IMG/VR virus record: IMGVR_UViG_3300010262_000138 | Location: 32,001 to 96,000 of that record | Strand: one strand, 5' to 3' | DNA: 64,000 nucleotides | Source: a virus | Taxonomy: Duplodnaviria; Caudoviricetes | In this document: positions 61,106 to 64,000 of the stretch, one piece after another | How the letters are laid out: each line of letters begins with the position of its first letter | Numbering within the stretch: position 1 is the stretch's first letter | Program-made: the position numbers and the translations under genes | Notes under the pieces: generated by a model | Databases searched by the model: none | What the model was told of the DNA's origin: nothing | Seen by the model: the letters and a program-made list of their open reading frames with translations, nothing else

Positions 61106-63283
61106 ACATTCCAAATTATGTCGCATATCACGTCCATACAGATCATTCTCTGCTCGACAGCGCGACCAAATATCAGCAGTACATTGAAGAAGCCGTAAAG
61201 AACGAGCAGAGCGCAATTGCTTTTACGGAACATGGCAATCTCTACAATTGGATTGCAAAAAAGAAGGCTTGCGAAGCATCCGGGTTAAAATATATCCATG
61301 GAGTCGAGTGTTACCTGACTGAAAAACTCTTCCCAAAGGAGAGGGATAACTACCATACAATTCTTCTGGCAAAGGACGCCAACGGGGTTGAAGAAATTAA
61401 CTCACTCGTCAGCCGCTCCGAGACGGAAGATCACAAATACTATAAGCCGCGCATTTCGTTTGATGAGTTTCTTGGGATTAGCGACCATGTTATTAAAATC
61501 AGCGCCTGCCTTGCGTCTCCGTTGAATCGGCTTGACATCAGCAATCCGTATTATGAAAAACTGGCGCAGCACTACGATTATTTTGAAATACAGCCACATA
61601 ATCACCCCGATCAAATCAGGTTCAACATTCACCTCGCAGAGCTGTCCCGTAAACATCACAAACCTTTGATTGCGGGAACCGATACGCACAGCTTGAATCA
61701 GTATAAAGCAGAATGCCGAAGTATCCTTCAGTCCGCAAAGCATATTGAGTTCAGCGACGAAGACGCATTTGACTTAACCTATAAATCCTACGATGAGTTA
61801 TGTGAGATGTTCCGTATTCAAAATGCGATTCCGGAAAATATCTGGAAAGAAGCGATTGAGAATACAAACCGTATGGCCGACAGCGTAGAGAAGTTTGAGC
61901 TTGATGAAACCTTTAAATATCCGCATCTATATGGAGAACGGGACTCTGAAATTTACGACAGTAACCTGTGGAACAGTTTTCAGAAAAAGATTGACGAAAA
62001 TATCATTCCGCAGGGAGAAGCAGAGCGGTACAGAGAGCAGCTTGAAGAAGAAACCAGAGTATTCGACAAGCTCGGAATGAAGGGCTTCATGCTGTCCATG
62101 TCCGAGTTTGTGAGGTGGTGTAAGGGAAATAATATCCCGGTTGGTCCGGGAAGAGGCTCTGTTGCTGGAAGCCGGGTTGCATACGTCACCGATATTACCG
62201 ACGTTGATCCCGCCCGATGGGGAACGGTATTTTCCCGGTTCTGCAACGAAGACAGGCGAGAAATTGGCGATATTGATATTGACCTTGCGCCGGATGATCG
62301 GGAGCTTCTTTATAACTATATCATCGGCCGATTTGGAGAACAGTACACAGCCTACATTTTGGCGCTAGGCACAATCAGCTCTAAGGGGACTATAGATGAA
62401 ATTGGACGGGCTTTAGACCTGAGATGGAAAAAACAGCATAAGGACGATGAAAGGTCGCCCTACACTCTTGATGCTGTAGCGGGAATAAAGAAAGTATTTG
62501 AGGCGGGTCCTGATAAAGCCAGAACTTTATTCCCAGATTTATTTTACTACTATGACGGTCTGATTGACACAATCATTTCACAATCGATGCATCCGGCGGG
62601 CATTGTGGTAAGTCCCGTAACCCTTCCTGACCATTATGGAACGTTTGTCAGAGAAGGAAAGACGATACTGCAAATTGATATGGACTGCGTACATGAGGTC
62701 AGCCTTGTCAAGTATGACATTCTGGGGTTGAAAAACATCCAGATACTCAAAGATGCCTATGAGCTGGCTGGAATTCCATATCCAAGGATGCACGAGATTG
62801 ACTGGAATGACGAGGCGGTTTGGGAAGATATCAAAAGGTCGCCGGTAGGCATATTCCAATTTGAGTCAGATTATTCGCATTCCATGCTCAGACAGTATAA
62901 TCCCAAATCCATTTATGATATGTCGTTGGTGACGGCGGCAATCCGCCCCTCCGGGTCTTCATACCGCGATGAGCTGATGAAGCACATACCGCATAAGAAC
63001 CCGTCCCCAATTATTGATAATCTACTCGCCGATAATAACGGATATTTGATTTATCAAGAGGATACAATTAAGTTTCTTCAGCAGATATGCGGATTGTCAG
63101 GAAGCGCCGCCGATAATGTCAGAAGGGCCATCGGCCGGAAACAAGAAGACAGAATTAACGCCGCGTTGCCGCTAATCTTAGAAGGTTATTGCAGTAAATC
63201 CCCTAAGCCGCGAGAAGAGGCAGAAGCGGAAGCAAAAGAATTTCTTCAGATTATAGAAGATTCAAGCAACTACCAATTTGGGT
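61102..63283 (+). CDS. dnaE: DNA polymerase III alpha subunit, exon 1
   Basis: HVHT..SLLD PHP, GPGRGSVAGS, DIDID, HPAG, KYDILGL, IFQFES, YQED. Confidence 0.93.
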
Positions 63284-63555
63284 GAATGGTTTGCCCATCC
63301 TTGTGAATACGGTCAACTAAACCGAGAGGTTAAGGTGGTAAGAGAGCCTAAGTCCTTATATTGGATATGGTAATACCGTGCCAAGCCCTAAACAGGGAAG
63401 GTGTAACGACTATCGAAAGCACACGAGCCTCAGAAATGATACACGTGGAAGCAAGTAGAGTAGGCCGCAAGGCCGAAGCGCAAGGGGAGAATTGTGCGGT
63501 CACAGCGCTGTTCTCCAAGATATAGTCTGTACCATTCGAAAGAATGGATTTAGCG
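63284..63555 (+). ncRNA. Group I intron (272 nt, no homing endonuclease) in dnaE
   Basis: P1 UGGGU/GCCCA with U.G; GUGUAACGACUA and AAGAUAUAGUCU core; terminal G; splicing gives YQFGYNHSIAY. Confidence 0.92.
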
Positions 63556-64000
63556 ATAATCATTCCATTGCCTACTGCATGATCGGATATCAATGCGCCT
63601 TCTTACGCTATTATCATCCCTATGAATTCGTCACAGCATATCTCAACAACGCCGCAAACTACGACGATATCAGAAACGGCAGTGATTTGGCGCAGGAATA
63701 TGGGATTCGAATCAGCGCTCCCAAGTTTGGTCTTTCAAAAGATACCTACATATTTGACCGGGAGCAAAACGTAATTGCAAAAGGCGTCGCGTCTATCAAG
63801 TACCTGAACACCACAGTCGCAAATGAGCTGTATGAGTTAAGCAAAGAAGTTGACTATACCTATTTTACCGACCTGTTGCTTGACCTGATGCAGAAAACCA
63901 GCATTGACTCACGGCAGCTTGATCTTTTGATTAAAATAGACTTCTTTGACCGGTTCGGAAATGTACCAACGCTGAGTAAAATCAGGGGCGTTTTTGATTT
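63556..64000 (+). CDS. dnaE: DNA polymerase III alpha subunit, exon 2 (runs off right edge)
   Basis: NHSIAYCMIGYQCAFLRYYHPYEF...KGVASIKYL open frame. Confidence 0.9.

Noticed and set aside
63348-63593. Intron-encoded homing endonuclease
   Set aside because: Short antisense ORF with no HNH, GIY-YIG or LAGLIDADG motif

Overview
A 64-kb internal segment of a large, probably temperate, SPbeta-like siphovirus or prophage. The host is most likely a Clostridia-type Firmicute, judged from strong AGGAGG SD sites, sigma-A promoters and gene content. About 1-30.5 kb is on the minus strand: tape measure, tail, head-tail, capsid, portal and terminase genes, then metallophosphoesterase, HU, PhoH, ClpP, a YonO-like single-subunit RNA polymerase, a BRO/KilA-C antirepressor and a RepL-like gene. 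After a ~2.7-kb mostly non-coding strand-switch region, 31-64 kb is on the plus strand: many small hypothetical genes, a tyrosine recombinase, an orphan MazF, an MrpR/YopR-like repressor, an RNA-rich island (53.3-55.75 kb) and a replication module (HD protein, Sak3-like annealase, SSB, PD-(D/E)XK nuclease, primase-helicase, DnaE). The ORF track misses most of the RNA layer. (1) Two ORF-less group I introns sit in the RNA polymerase catalytic DxDGD motif and in dnaE. (2) A ~83-nt sRNA has complementary two-part sites in four distant gene leaders, including the antirepressor leader. (3) A tRNA body carries a complete antisense promoter-peptide-terminator cassette in place of its anticodon. (4) A ~500-nt multi-hairpin RNA follows a DIP1984-like gene. 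(5) There is also a type I toxin-like peptide gene and a tRNA-Ile(UAU). All product names come from motif recognition and synteny by eye; no database searches were run.
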